Shown piece by piece: positions 11,001 through 21,331 of a DNA stretch of 64,000 bases. Made by a program: the position numbers and the translations under genes. The first letter of the stretch is position 1. Every line of letters starts with the position of its first letter. Source of the DNA: a virus; the IMG/VR virus record IMGVR_UViG_3300043399_000509. The stretch is one strand, 5' to 3'. The notes beneath the pieces are model-generated. The model searched no databases, was not told the DNA's origin, and saw only the letters and a program-made list of their open reading frames with translations.

Positions 11001-11711
11001 TGGAGCCTGATAGTTTGATGATTCAAGTGCAGGATCAAGCAATGATGAATCTGAGACTTCAGTAACAATAGAGTCATCAAGTTCAAGACCAATCTTACAG
11101 TTGGAAACTGGTGTATATTTGGAAGCCACAACAGATTGTTTTGGTACTTTGATGAAATAACCATCATAGAAGTAAATGGAATCTTCAATAAAGGCAAGAA
11201 CACCATTTGCTTTTACATTTGATGTCGAAACAAGATTTGCATATATTTCTTCACCGTCAACTTTGATTGTAGCACCAGGACCAAACTCTTCACCTGAAAC
11301 ATACTTGAGGAATAATGTTGGTGGATCAGTATCCGTTGCATTTGATGTCTGAATAACACGGGCAATAACTTCATTATTACCTGATGCATATTTGACTGTT
11401 TTATCTTTGAAACTTGATGGTGTTACTGTTGTATTGGCATAGGTTGTTGCAAGATTCAATCCCACAATAGGAGTATATTTTACCTCCCCACCAATAACAG
11501 AAGACCCATTCACAAAGATATGCTGACCAAAGCGTTCAATCTGATTCTGAAGAATAGTCTGAAGTTGTGTTAGTTCCCTGGCTTGAACTGCATATCCAGG
11601 GCGAAATAAAATACGATGAAATGACTTATCTTCATTGAAGTCATCATAGTAAGGAAAAACTTTTGTTTCTACTGGAACAACATTGGTGTTTACGACATTA
11701 GCCTTGGCCAT
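8097..11711 (-). CDS. DUF4815/VrlC-like virion protein, N-terminal part
   Basis: PYYDDF...LFRPGYAVQARELTQLQTILQNQ, RTFDESGNY, KRYTMRDIG motifs. Confidence 0.8.
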   Translation of the reverse strand: MAKANVVNTNVVPVETKVFPYYDDFNEDKSFHRILFRPGYAVQARELTQLQTILQNQIERFGQHIFVNGSSVIGGEVKYTPIVGLNLATTYANTTVTPSSFKDKTVKYASGNNEVIARVIQTSNATDTDPPTLFLKYVSGEEFGPGATIKVDGEEIYANLVSTSNVKANGVLAFIEDSIYFYDGYFIKVPKQSVVASKYTPVSNCKIGLELDDSIVTEVSDSSLLDPALESSNYQAPGASRYKADLVLARRELDSIDDEKFIEITRFENGVQRKNVIVPVYSEIEEVFARRTFDESGNYTVRPFRLALLDSTVDTANNFQAVISEGKGYILGFEFESIAPTFIEIPKARTKANVTNYNLNTNFGNYVIVDNLNGDFPLSTMGLVDIHCIPAQFVNRTSSTTYNTTKIGTARVRDIEFFSGDTSVPDRKFEFYIFDVNFSSITGNANATGSTTSTINLFSTATSSNNDAYVGATIRITTGPSAGDQRTIISYNGATRLANVSSPFSKTPLGNTVYSLDFDFAEAESFTRSAFTSGATSNANASITVLNKDNGQANGSTFIFEPSLSSLVFKIPETFIVENSLADQSWMYRRTFTSVSFTSGSATITAGTDEGFEGASSSSNVASTVTDNFLVIVTNPSASGRAVGEQLKVTTSVSAGPPEQATLDTGSSSDTLTATVYAKMDVSGTAATARVKTFVPANTTIFTSESAANTFLNSTGSNTSVYVDAGQVVIRNPSKRANQRESLFLSDVLAIKKIYDLNGTEPTAGMSLISYTDVTGRYSFDNGQKDAYYDHASIRLIPGNAPPVGPLVVCCRYYKTTTDSGYFSVDSYPSLTTNITEEGVNLGTGYAIIPSYKENNLRDCIDYRPVRRNASNNALTYTLGGIKIPIPATDFNTDYEYYLGRRDLIAVSANKTIEHIQGIPNKFPQNPTAPTRSMVLHVLDIPPYTSYPANVSVRFVENKRYTMRDIGLLEKRIENIEYYTNLNTLEKNTLDLQITDVDGLDRTKNGIFVDSFIGHALGDVDSPDYAIATDINGRWSGDGVATNLFACKGVYVDPDIAGSTGVKFGTDIVTLNYTVAPAITQNTATKFTPVADLLFASFEGNILTVPDADIWKETTRNIVINQINIVNEVNLRRFITPPQRDLEQKQLNGGMAPIDVLNNWARTFGTGVGGSNQQVNDRGLQTFGLRGDERFLNTRQINNLNALL

Positions 11712-11720
11712 TTCTTATCC

Positions 11721-13052
11721 TTAGAATGAAAATGTTATTTTATAATCTTCAGTTTGATCAGCATCACGAGAAATAGGTTTTATATTATCTATATATAAGA
11801 GTTCTCCTGAATACTTACGCATAGTTGGATTTGTGACAGAATCCACGAATCGAGCACCTGTTGAGTTAGCACCAATCAAAATATCAGTAGTTGGAATGCC
11901 AAGAGTATTTGTGAGTTTCACGACATTATTTGGAGAATCCCATTGATAGACCCTACCTCTAAATGTAGATGTTGATAGCGAAGCTCCTTGATAAACGATT
12001 TCATCTTCAATATACTCGGATGATGTGCCATTCAAAGTTAGTATGGTCAACTGAGACACAACTGTATTTGATTCTATATTTGCCGATTCGAAGACAAGTG
12101 GATCAGAGATCAAAGAAATCTGTCGGTATTCATTATTGACAGGCAACACACCATTTTCAGAACCACGAAGACGTGGATTTATCATTAGATATGAACCACC
12201 AAGTTCTCGTAGTGGATCAGACCCATGCCCACCAGGAGGTGAAATGATTGCTCTGGCTGCTGCACCAGAACCAGAGCCACTAACAGTAATATTTACTTCA
12301 GCATAGGTGTAATCTCTACCTGGATTTGTAACCGATATAGTGGAAACTGTGTTTGAGATTGTGTTTACATTCGCTGTTGCTGTAGCCCCTGTGCCATCAC
12401 CAGTTATTGTAATAGTTATGGTGGCTGCATTTGTGTAGTTATTACCACCATTTGTAACCCTGATGACATTGATTGCACCAGGAACAGAGTTTGCTTGAAC
12501 ATCCCATTGTAGAGAACCATCATCTTGTGATAAAGTTTTGACAGGAATGTAAGAATCTGTAGTAAACTTCATACGTTCATCAGCAGAAATGGTATACATA
12601 TATTTCCAAATATAGCCATCAGATGTTTCTGATGGGCTTGTTGTTGAAATGCTTGTTGGCATAACTGTTGAGTTAGCACCTGCATTATTGGCTAAGCACT
12701 TATACACGTTCCAATCAGTAGTAACAACATAAAAGGGTGTGTTTGGTGCAAAAAGTTGAAGTGAGCAGATGCAATGGTCATAAGCCGGATAAACAGTATT
12801 TGCTGACCAATCATATCGTAGAGTTACATGACGAATATCATTTCCTGTAATCAGTTTAGCACCGATCATATTATCCCAGACTTCATTGAATACTGTCACA
12901 GAAGAGTTGGCTTGTTGAGGTGCTGAATCATTTGCCCAGGAATAACCACGACCAAATGTAAAATATACTTTAGAACTTGCTGGTTCTGAAACAGATTCTT
13001 TGAACTGTTCAGCGTTGAATATGCGTAGATTTTCAGAGATTACCGCAACCAT
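11721..13052 (-). CDS. gp8: Baseplate wedge subunit
   Basis: VYKCL, DGYIWKYMYTI, GGHGSDP, YRQI, QTEDYK motifs. Confidence 0.85.
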   Translation of the reverse strand: MVAVISENLRIFNAEQFKESVSEPASSKVYFTFGRGYSWANDSAPQQANSSVTVFNEVWDNMIGAKLITGNDIRHVTLRYDWSANTVYPAYDHCICSLQLFAPNTPFYVVTTDWNVYKCLANNAGANSTVMPTSISTTSPSETSDGYIWKYMYTISADERMKFTTDSYIPVKTLSQDDGSLQWDVQANSVPGAINVIRVTNGGNNYTNAATITITITGDGTGATATANVNTISNTVSTISVTNPGRDYTYAEVNITVSGSGSGAAARAIISPPGGHGSDPLRELGGSYLMINPRLRGSENGVLPVNNEYRQISLISDPLVFESANIESNTVVSQLTILTLNGTSSEYIEDEIVYQGASLSTSTFRGRVYQWDSPNNVVKLTNTLGIPTTDILIGANSTGARFVDSVTNPTMRKYSGELLYIDNIKPISRDADQTEDYKITFSF

Positions 13053-13064
13053 TTACTTTCCTTG

Positions 13065-15221
13065 TTATATTATCAATCCTGCATAAACATTACCAGAACT
13101 ATTGGTTGTGTTTGCTGGGTGTGTTATTGAGAAATAATCAGTATTTGCTGTGTCAACTATAAAGATTCCATTTGTTATATTTATAGTATCACCAGATACG
13201 AACTCAAGATATATTGTATCATTGACAGACAGATTATTGTTTGCTGTATTTATAACAATATTACCGAGATTGGCTTTGTATGTGCTCTTTACAAACTTTA
13301 TTGTCTCTGATTCAGAGAATCTTGCTCGAACATTGACACCATTATATGAAGTATCTTCAAAGGTATACTCACCAAATAACTTCATACCAATGGGATGTGT
13401 AAGTTCAAGTAGGGCTTTTTTATATTTATCAATAGACTCATTTATTTTGACAACATATGAGAAGTTTTGATAATAATCACGGTCTTGTAAAAAGTTATAT
13501 GATGATACATGACCGTCATCGTTCAACCAACGACCAGGATAGGTATAAACACCTTGAACGATTGTAACCGAGACTTGTGCTGTGCCGTCCCCGAGGTTTG
13601 TCAAATCAAGAGTTGTATTAGCATCATAGTTGGAACCAGCAGATTCAATAGTCAGACCTAAAATACGTCCAATAGAAGTTGTGGTTGCAGCAAGTTGTTC
13701 ACCATCACCAAGTATTGCTGTGACTGCAATATTTGCTCCATAGGCATTAACATTAGATGATACGACATTTGCTAAGGGCAGTAAACTTTGTGTGTAACCT
13801 GTTCCTCCTGTGATATGCCCAGGAACAGGAATAAACTCAACTTGAGTGATAGACCCTGTGGTATTTACAGCGGCAACATTTCCTAATGCACCAGAACCAT
13901 AACCACCCAAAACATTGATAAAGTTGATTTTGTCATTGGCTTCATAACCAACACCACCATTTATGATTTCCATTCTACCAAGAATACCAAGAGAACGAAC
14001 ACGAGTATTAGCCAGAGCATCCAAGGTTGGTAGTGATGTATACCCTGAACCAGTAGAAAATATTGATACTGTGTTTACTGGACCTGTATTACTATAAACA
14101 AAAGATGCCAATGCATTGACTAAGGTGGTGTTTGCGTTTGATGAACTCAAGTTTGCAAAAATGCTATTACCAATAGGTGTATTTGCTTCATCCGAAATAA
14201 GAGAAATGATGATATTATATGAGTTGGGATGTACAGTGCCGTCTGTTATTACTGATGAAATCTGAGCATTAGCACCAGAACCTCCTCCTCCACCAGAAAT
14301 AAGAATACCATCATTGGCTAAAAATCCAGCACCAGGACGAACAATAACAATAGACCCAATATTACCAGAAGTAACAGATGAAATGATAATGCGACCATTT
14401 GATCCAGTATTACTTACTATTGGAACTTCTGTGCCAACTGAATAGGCATTACCACCAGCAATAATATTGGTTGACGCTATTGCACCACCAAAAACTGTTG
14501 CTGTCAAAGATTTTGTTACATTATTTTCAACAAATGTCGTGAAAAGAGTCTCACCATTCTCAAAGTTGCCTTTCTGAGATGAAATCTTTATTTCTTTGAC
14601 GGGTAAACCAGCCTCAAAATAAGATTCTACTCGTTCAACGACGGCATTTGCACCTGATGTATTACCAGTGATGATAGTATTGGCAAAATAGTTCAGAACG
14701 CTTGGGTTTGTATTTGGTATTCCATCGACTTGCCAATCAGAAACTTTGATACTTTTTTCAATAAACCACTTTCCATCAGAGGCTCGAAGAACATCTCGTT
14801 TTGGATAATAAAACTCAATCTGTTTATCTTCACCAAAAATAATGTTCAGTAGTAGTGAAGTTGCTTTTTCTGTTCCTCTTGCTCTATAAAAATCTTTGAT
14901 ATTTTTCAAAAGTAAGGCTTTGTCAACCTGAACATTTGCTGGTATTAGTTTCATAAAATGGGAATATAAATGTTCAGAAAACTGATTTATAGTTCTATCA
15001 ATATCATAGAATGAAGAAATATTTTTAGCCCGAGTGGTAACATTATATTGCTGATTATTAGCAATACCAGAAACAGAACCATCAGCCTGCTCCAACCATT
15101 CATAGTAGGCTTCAATAAACTTTACAAAGTTTTGATGATCGTTACGAACAAAAAACGGAACTTGTGAGTTGACAAGATTGCTTATTTTGTTGTTTGTAGA
15201 TGAAAATGTATTTGCTGTCAT
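13065..15221 (-). CDS. gp7: Baseplate wedge initiator (gp7-like)
   Basis: FIEAYYEW, IKDFYRARGT, LRASDGKW, LQDRDYYQNFSY, HPIGMKLFG; synteny. Confidence 0.7.
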   Translation of the reverse strand: MTANTFSSTNNKISNLVNSQVPFFVRNDHQNFVKFIEAYYEWLEQADGSVSGIANNQQYNVTTRAKNISSFYDIDRTINQFSEHLYSHFMKLIPANVQVDKALLLKNIKDFYRARGTEKATSLLLNIIFGEDKQIEFYYPKRDVLRASDGKWFIEKSIKVSDWQVDGIPNTNPSVLNYFANTIITGNTSGANAVVERVESYFEAGLPVKEIKISSQKGNFENGETLFTTFVENNVTKSLTATVFGGAIASTNIIAGGNAYSVGTEVPIVSNTGSNGRIIISSVTSGNIGSIVIVRPGAGFLANDGILISGGGGGSGANAQISSVITDGTVHPNSYNIIISLISDEANTPIGNSIFANLSSSNANTTLVNALASFVYSNTGPVNTVSIFSTGSGYTSLPTLDALANTRVRSLGILGRMEIINGGVGYEANDKINFINVLGGYGSGALGNVAAVNTTGSITQVEFIPVPGHITGGTGYTQSLLPLANVVSSNVNAYGANIAVTAILGDGEQLAATTTSIGRILGLTIESAGSNYDANTTLDLTNLGDGTAQVSVTIVQGVYTYPGRWLNDDGHVSSYNFLQDRDYYQNFSYVVKINESIDKYKKALLELTHPIGMKLFGEYTFEDTSYNGVNVRARFSESETIKFVKSTYKANLGNIVINTANNNLSVNDTIYLEFVSGDTINITNGIFIVDTANTDYFSITHPANTTNSSGNVYAGLII

Positions 15222-15222
15222 A

Positions 15223-17295
15223 TTATGATTCTGCTATTACCTCAATCTGAATGGAAGATGGATCAGATTCATCTATAGTTAGAATACGATTTCTCAAAGG
15301 ATATATTATTTGATCATCAATAGGAGCAGATACTGTAAAAACATTTTCATCATAGAAATCATTTTCCACTACAGATAAAGGTAAAAGACTCAAAATATCA
15401 ATACGACCGTTCGTATAGTCTATAGTGCCTGCATTTGGATTTACAATAACTTTTTCACCATTTGATCTGAAATAATATGTGCGAAGTTCACCATTATTTG
15501 TTTGAAGTATTGCTGATGCTGATGCTTCAGACCCACCACCGCCTGTTATAGAAACAGTGGCACGAGTATAGTTTGATCCTTTATTTGTAACAACAATACG
15601 ATCAATCCTACCATTGACAATAAAGGCTTCAGCCGTTGCTCCTATACCATCCCCTGTTATTGTGACAGTTGGTACTGATGCATATTCTCTTCCAGGATTG
15701 ACAATAGAAATAGAATCCACACCAGTAAAAGCTTGTGGTACTTCTTCAAAAAATACACTACGAGAAATACCCTCTGTATCTCTGACATTGATTTGTGGGA
15801 ATGATGTAATCTTTTCATCAAAATCACCTTTACGCAAAGGGGTATTGAAAAGAACTGAATAGTTTTTGGTTACATTTGTATCAAGAACTAATCTTTTCTG
15901 CATGTATACATCAATATCTGAACCAGTTATAGATGGATCAGCATTCTCCATAAAGTTTTGTAACTTTGATTTTCTAAATACAGAATCAAAAGTATTCAGT
16001 TCTTGTTCAGTATAATCAGATATCGTAGCCTTTACTAAACTTAGAATCTCATTTGCTGTACGTGATGTTTTATTTGGATTATAATATACTTTACCAGAAA
16101 GAGTTAGATATGAAAAGTTTGGGTCAACTATCTCTGGTGTTATTGTAAAAATATTTCTGGATTGAAGTTGCTTTTTGATATTTTCTTTTTCAAGGGCTGT
16201 AAACACAAAGTTTCCTTTTGGTTTGAGAGAAATGTAAATCTTACCATAAACAACAGGATCATTTTCTTCTCCACCCCAGACAGAAACAGATTCTATATTT
16301 GTGAAATCTTTGAGAATAAGTGTATTATAATCTTGTTTTGTGACAGCACGATTCTGGGTTGTATAAAAATAGGGTGCCCTAAATCTTGTTTGTTCGATAC
16401 TTTCTTTATCCACACCACCAGATGATGTCGAAACTGTTGTGATAACAACATTATCGTTATAGCCAGCAACTGGATCAACAAAAACAAACTTTGATATATT
16501 GTTTGATGCAGACCCAATATTATCAATATAAGTACAGATAATCACATTACCAACCTTTGGTTTTTTACCAATAACATCATCACCGAAATAGAAAGTATAG
16601 TTTAGGTTTTCATTTTCTTCAATAAAATATGCTGGTGTTGTAGACGACAGTTCGGTTATATCTGTTGATCTAGTATAAACTGTTGTATAGGTATTTGTAG
16701 TTGATTCCTGCACTGAAATAGATAAGGTGCTAATATCAACATTTGCTGATTGAATCTCAAATCGTCTGTTTATATTTGAAGGTTCCATAAGATATTGTAA
16801 TGTGACAACCTCACCTTGTTTGATAGAAATATTATTGAAATCAAAGGTTCCATTTGATTTCGACACTGTATTTGAATATAAAGTGATAAATGGATAGTTA
16901 ACACCATCAACATCTTGGGCGAGAAATCTAGTATACCTATCAAGTGTTGCTATTGATGTATTTGGTTCATTTGTTGATGGAGTGACCCTTATATTTACTT
17001 TTGCTTCTGAACCTTGACTACTACTTGGCACATAACCAATCATTTTGGCATGAGAAAGGACTGATGCTCTTAGTTGGGCAGTATCCAAAAACATTTCATT
17101 ACCAACCATATTGAGATAAAATGACATATAATGAGTATTGTATGCTAGAATATCGAGCAGAACTGACATACCCGAGCCTTCAAAATCAAAGTCTTGGAAC
17201 TCACTTTGATTGCGGAGATAGTTTTTAAGGTTTTCTTTTATTGACAAAAAGTCAAGTTCTGTGATACGAAGGGCTTGGTTATTTTGTGTGGTCAT
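15223..17295 (-). CDS. gp6: Baseplate wedge subunit
   Basis: ELDFLSIKENL, DFEGSGMSVLLDILAYNTHY, QNRAVTKQDY. Confidence 0.9.
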   Translation of the reverse strand: MTTQNNQALRITELDFLSIKENLKNYLRNQSEFQDFDFEGSGMSVLLDILAYNTHYMSFYLNMVGNEMFLDTAQLRASVLSHAKMIGYVPSSSQGSEAKVNIRVTPSTNEPNTSIATLDRYTRFLAQDVDGVNYPFITLYSNTVSKSNGTFDFNNISIKQGEVVTLQYLMEPSNINRRFEIQSANVDISTLSISVQESTTNTYTTVYTRSTDITELSSTTPAYFIEENENLNYTFYFGDDVIGKKPKVGNVIICTYIDNIGSASNNISKFVFVDPVAGYNDNVVITTVSTSSGGVDKESIEQTRFRAPYFYTTQNRAVTKQDYNTLILKDFTNIESVSVWGGEENDPVVYGKIYISLKPKGNFVFTALEKENIKKQLQSRNIFTITPEIVDPNFSYLTLSGKVYYNPNKTSRTANEILSLVKATISDYTEQELNTFDSVFRKSKLQNFMENADPSITGSDIDVYMQKRLVLDTNVTKNYSVLFNTPLRKGDFDEKITSFPQINVRDTEGISRSVFFEEVPQAFTGVDSISIVNPGREYASVPTVTITGDGIGATAEAFIVNGRIDRIVVTNKGSNYTRATVSITGGGGSEASASAILQTNNGELRTYYFRSNGEKVIVNPNAGTIDYTNGRIDILSLLPLSVVENDFYDENVFTVSAPIDDQIIYPLRNRILTIDESDPSSIQIEVIAES

Positions 17296-17302
17296 TGGTA
17301 CT

Positions 17303-17722
17303 TTATCTCAGCCTTTCTAAGAAAATAGATATTGTTGCTGGCTCGTTTCTGTTTAATATGATGAAAGATATTCTTACATTATACCCATTATTATCAGGAT
17401 CAACCTGGACCTTCACACCTCTGTCATTATCTTCTAATAAAGAAACCCTTGGCTCAAAGTTTTCTATAACCTCTGTTACAGCATTTTTGACAAACTGGGC
17501 TGTCAAAGGATTGATATTATCAAAGAGTATCTTTTGGGTATTAGAACCAATACCTGTTCTAAAAGGACGATCATAATAGTTAGTCAGTATAAGATTACGG
17601 ATTGATCTTTTGATTGCCTCAACACCAACCTTTTTTACCACATCCTTTGTGGTTGGATGTGGTAAAAAGTCTAGGTCTAGGTCTGTGTAATCTGGTCTTC
17701 TGTTTATTCTTTGAACTGTCAT
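17303..17722 (-). CDS. gp25: Baseplate wedge subunit
   Basis: DLDLDF, AIKRSIRNLILT, RPF, FEPRV motifs. Confidence 0.9.
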   Translation of the reverse strand: MTVQRINRRPDYTDLDLDFLPHPTTKDVVKKVGVEAIKRSIRNLILTNYYDRPFRTGIGSNTQKILFDNINPLTAQFVKNAVTEVIENFEPRVSLLEDNDRGVKVQVDPDNNGYNVRISFIILNRNEPATISIFLERLR

Positions 17723-17740
17723 GTGATTATTTATTATACC

Positions 17741-18544
17741 TTATGAGACAGCAGCGGTGCCAATAACTTGACTTGGTGTCTCGGCTGGACTATCAGAACA
17801 GTTTATGCATATTTTTGCTCCTGTAAGTCGTATTTCTTTATCAGAAGATGCTGATACATTTCCGCCAGTTGCTTGAAAAGAAACAGCACCACCACCTCCA
17901 CCACCTGTTCCTGCTGCAAATGTTACATTTTTTCCTGCACCTACTTGACAATTACCGGATTGTGAACCACAGGCAAAATCTTTGTTTGAAACAATACTCC
18001 CTGAGCCATCTGGAGATGATATAGCAAACCCTTTTTCAGCTTTCATATTCACATTATCACCCCCAATACCAATAGTTCCAGCAACTACACCGATATCACT
18101 GGAAGTAACATAAGCAACTGGACCATCACCAGACATTTTTGTTTTTTTAGTTGGTTTTGCCCCTGATAATTGACCTGATGTTGACGAAGAAACATGTTGA
18201 GATGATCCTGTTGATCGACCTGATGATGATCCACCACAAGAGCTTGTTTGATTCCCGTTGTTCATGGTTCGTATACCACCATAACCACTTGTGGTCATAC
18301 CATTATGCATTCTTGTTTCCATTTCACCGTTATCATAAGTCCATTGACCAGAACCAGTGTGTCCCATTTCAAAAGACTCAACATTTCCTCTTTGATAACT
18401 TATACCCTTAGCTTGACCAGCATGTGTTCGTGTAAATCTACAATCTTTGCTTCCTATTCTGTTGCTAGGTTTTGGAGAACTCATTTTTTTAGGAACGATA
18501 TCATTTGTATGTTTTTCAGGTACATATTTTGGAATGTTTACCAT
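17741..18544 (-). CDS. Baseplate spike, gp5 C-terminal beta-helix-like
   Basis: Gly/Ser-rich beta repeats ending GAKICIN; position upstream of gp25. Confidence 0.5.
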   Translation of the reverse strand: MVNIPKYVPEKHTNDIVPKKMSSPKPSNRIGSKDCRFTRTHAGQAKGISYQRGNVESFEMGHTGSGQWTYDNGEMETRMHNGMTTSGYGGIRTMNNGNQTSSCGGSSSGRSTGSSQHVSSSTSGQLSGAKPTKKTKMSGDGPVAYVTSSDIGVVAGTIGIGGDNVNMKAEKGFAISSPDGSGSIVSNKDFACGSQSGNCQVGAGKNVTFAAGTGGGGGGAVSFQATGGNVSASSDKEIRLTGAKICINCSDSPAETPSQVIGTAAVS

Positions 18545-18562
18545 TGTCTCTATATTCTCCTA

Positions 18563-20104
18563 TTATTTTGGAAATAGACCAGATAGTTTTTCCCAAACAT
18601 GGGTTACCTTTTGTAAGGCATGTTGTCCACTAACAATATTTGGTCCACCAGCTTGTTTTACCATATTTTCGAGTCTTTGTTTAATTTTAGCCTGACCTTT
18701 AGGATCAAGCACAGGAATAATTTCACCAATAAGCTTTGAGGCTTCACCAAAGAAATTTGAACCAGCAGACATTCCAGGGAATCCCCCACCACCATTTTGA
18801 GAACTACTCTCAGTTTGTGGTTGTTCTTGTTTGGATGAGATAGTCATTATTGTGTTTGGGGTGGTTCGTGTTGATGTATTTATAATGTATGTTCCAGTAT
18901 TACCTGTACCTGTCTCAAATCTGGCGATAAAAGTTGAGTCTGGTATATTATCTCCCGAGACAATATTATTTGCCCCAGATACCACATTACCATATATCAT
19001 TTTATTGACAGTAAGTACATTATTATCTATTGTTCCATAAAATTGTGCGGTGTCTTCAAATGCATTTTCTGGACCAACAAGAAAGTTGAAAAACTCTTGT
19101 TGAGCAGAAACAACTTCGCTGGATACATTTTCTCTATAATCACCTTCTGCGTCTATGATAATACCAACTTCACCGAAACCAGTATTTACTCTAAACTCAA
19201 CCTCTGGTAGATTTTCAAGACCATGTAGTGTTCTGTCATAATACATTCTTTGCTTCACTGCAACGATATCAGAATATGTAGTGCATTGACACAATAAATC
19301 AACAAGATTGTTTGCAAAAGTTTCTGCATGGATTCTGTTATTGAAGCCTTTATTATCTTCAATTTGATCATCAACATCAGTTGATAGATTTGCCTCTATC
19401 ATATTGTAAATGTCTGGCGGAACAGAACTTTGTATTTTTTGTTTTTGTTGTGATGACATTCCTTTGAATGCTGATGCAAATGACAAAATTTGCCCAGGCA
19501 ACTGAGAAAGCATATTTGAATTTATAATATTTGAGAATGGGGTCTCTGCGGTAGCAACATTTTTGAATTGTTCCCATCTTCTACCAATTTGATCAAATGT
19601 TTCTTGAAAATGTGGTTTGAAATTACCAAGAGATGGGATATGATCTCCTATATCTTTTGCAAGTAATACTTTTACTCCACCCTCATTTTTGGCCTCTAAT
19701 GGTCCTTTTCTTGGCACATTTTCCATCGGCTTTGACCAACCATTACCATCCAACGACATATCACCATCAGCATGAGCAGGAAAAAGTGACATATTACCGG
19801 GCATGGGTGTACCAGCTTTTGGAAAATTCCTTACTTGTCCTAAAACAGTACAAGTTGGACTTCCTGGATATGCTCGTTGAATCAGTACAGGTGTTGCAGG
19901 ATCGAGCATTCCACCATAAGAGTCTTTTTCTTGTTGAGTTGCTGCGGATAATCCTGTATTGAAATGTAAATCATCAGCATTTACATTTACTCCTTCTTCA
20001 CCTATCACTCTATATGCACACATTCCAATTTGATATGGGTCTTGTTTACTACCATGACCACCAACCTGAAATGCTAATAGTGGATGATTTTCATTTTTAC
20101 TCAT
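18563..20104 (-). CDS. Baseplate hub protein, gp5 N-terminal (OB-fold)-like
   Basis: DPYQIG..YRVIG...VLG resembles the gp5 N-terminal domain; synteny. Confidence 0.45.
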   Translation of the reverse strand: MSKNENHPLLAFQVGGHGSKQDPYQIGMCAYRVIGEEGVNVNADDLHFNTGLSAATQQEKDSYGGMLDPATPVLIQRAYPGSPTCTVLGQVRNFPKAGTPMPGNMSLFPAHADGDMSLDGNGWSKPMENVPRKGPLEAKNEGGVKVLLAKDIGDHIPSLGNFKPHFQETFDQIGRRWEQFKNVATAETPFSNIINSNMLSQLPGQILSFASAFKGMSSQQKQKIQSSVPPDIYNMIEANLSTDVDDQIEDNKGFNNRIHAETFANNLVDLLCQCTTYSDIVAVKQRMYYDRTLHGLENLPEVEFRVNTGFGEVGIIIDAEGDYRENVSSEVVSAQQEFFNFLVGPENAFEDTAQFYGTIDNNVLTVNKMIYGNVVSGANNIVSGDNIPDSTFIARFETGTGNTGTYIINTSTRTTPNTIMTISSKQEQPQTESSSQNGGGGFPGMSAGSNFFGEASKLIGEIIPVLDPKGQAKIKQRLENMVKQAGGPNIVSGQHALQKVTHVWEKLSGLFPK

Positions 20105-20107
20105 ATT

Positions 20108-21325
20108 CTATACAATTCCTCCTTGACCAACAGTTTTACTGACACAATCCATGGTAGTTGTAGAAAAGCCACCATTCTTTAGATTATGAGTCAAACTCAT
20201 TATTAGATAGTCACCTGATCCATAGTTTAGTTTTTTTGGATCATTTTTATTTTGAAGTTTGAGTGTTATAATCTTACCTACATTTAGTATTGGGTTCCAA
20301 GGGACAGTAAGTCTCAGTGCAATCTTATCCTGTTCCAATAGACCCATTCTTGCCTGTCTTTTTAGAGCAAAGAACTGTGAATAGTCTGGGCAGGCATGTT
20401 GTGCCTGTTCAGATGAAAAGTTTGACATGGCTGCTTTTAGTACAGAACTCCCACTTCCACATCCTTGGATTTGACTGCCCAAAAGACTGACAATAGAAGA
20501 CAATGGATTGAAAGATATAAGAGAAGACATATCAGCACCATCAGGACCAATACCATTTAGAATGTCAGACAACAAATCAAAATCACATGGAAATGAGTTG
20601 GACATGATAGCCCGTGGATTTGCATATCCAGAAAGAGATGCAGTCTCATCAAAGAAATATTCAATGATGGGACTGGCAGAACAAAGAGATTTTAGAGACC
20701 TAAAATGATGCGTTCCACCATTTTGGTATGTCATATAATGTAAAAATGAAGGGTCATTACCACCAGCCAAGGCAACATCGGCTTGTTCTGCAACTACCTT
20801 GAACGGATGAATATTTGTAGCAACATAATCTCTGGCAGGAGCACAGGATTCAATGTCGGTCGATCTTGCACCAGCACATCCAGGTAACACTTCACTGACT
20901 ACTGCTGATGGTGTTGTACATTTCCAGGACTTGCTCACAAGAGTTTCAGCATCAATCAATAGCGTTGGGTCACATGCCCGCAAGGTAAATGTCTCAACCA
21001 CATTGTTGAGCATTTTTCTATTTTCTAATCTGTATATTGTTTGTTGAACTTCCATGGTGGAAGGATATCCAAATTTCGCTAAAACTGGTCTGTTCAAAGA
21101 AATAGAGATAGTCTTTCCTTTGAAGTTATCCAACACCTTTATTGGTAGGTTATGATAATAACTTTGAACCGTGACAGTTGTTTGTAGACCTGGAGTAAGA
21201 AGACTTTCACCAAGTATAACTTCCTGGGGAGTTATTTCAAATACAGTTTCATCAGGAACATTGACATCCATCTTTATGGATGTTAGCTTGGACTGTTCTC
21301 CACGGAGTAGAGTATCATTAGCCAT
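20108..21325 (-). CDS. Baseplate hub protein (gp27-like)
   Basis: ESLLTPG, HHFRSL, SGDYLI..LTH motifs; between gp53 and gp5. Confidence 0.55.
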   Translation of the reverse strand: MANDTLLRGEQSKLTSIKMDVNVPDETVFEITPQEVILGESLLTPGLQTTVTVQSYYHNLPIKVLDNFKGKTISISLNRPVLAKFGYPSTMEVQQTIYRLENRKMLNNVVETFTLRACDPTLLIDAETLVSKSWKCTTPSAVVSEVLPGCAGARSTDIESCAPARDYVATNIHPFKVVAEQADVALAGGNDPSFLHYMTYQNGGTHHFRSLKSLCSASPIIEYFFDETASLSGYANPRAIMSNSFPCDFDLLSDILNGIGPDGADMSSLISFNPLSSIVSLLGSQIQGCGSGSSVLKAAMSNFSSEQAQHACPDYSQFFALKRQARMGLLEQDKIALRLTVPWNPILNVGKIITLKLQNKNDPKKLNYGSGDYLIMSLTHNLKNGGFSTTTMDCVSKTVGQGGIV

Positions 21326-21331
21326 TCTTTT

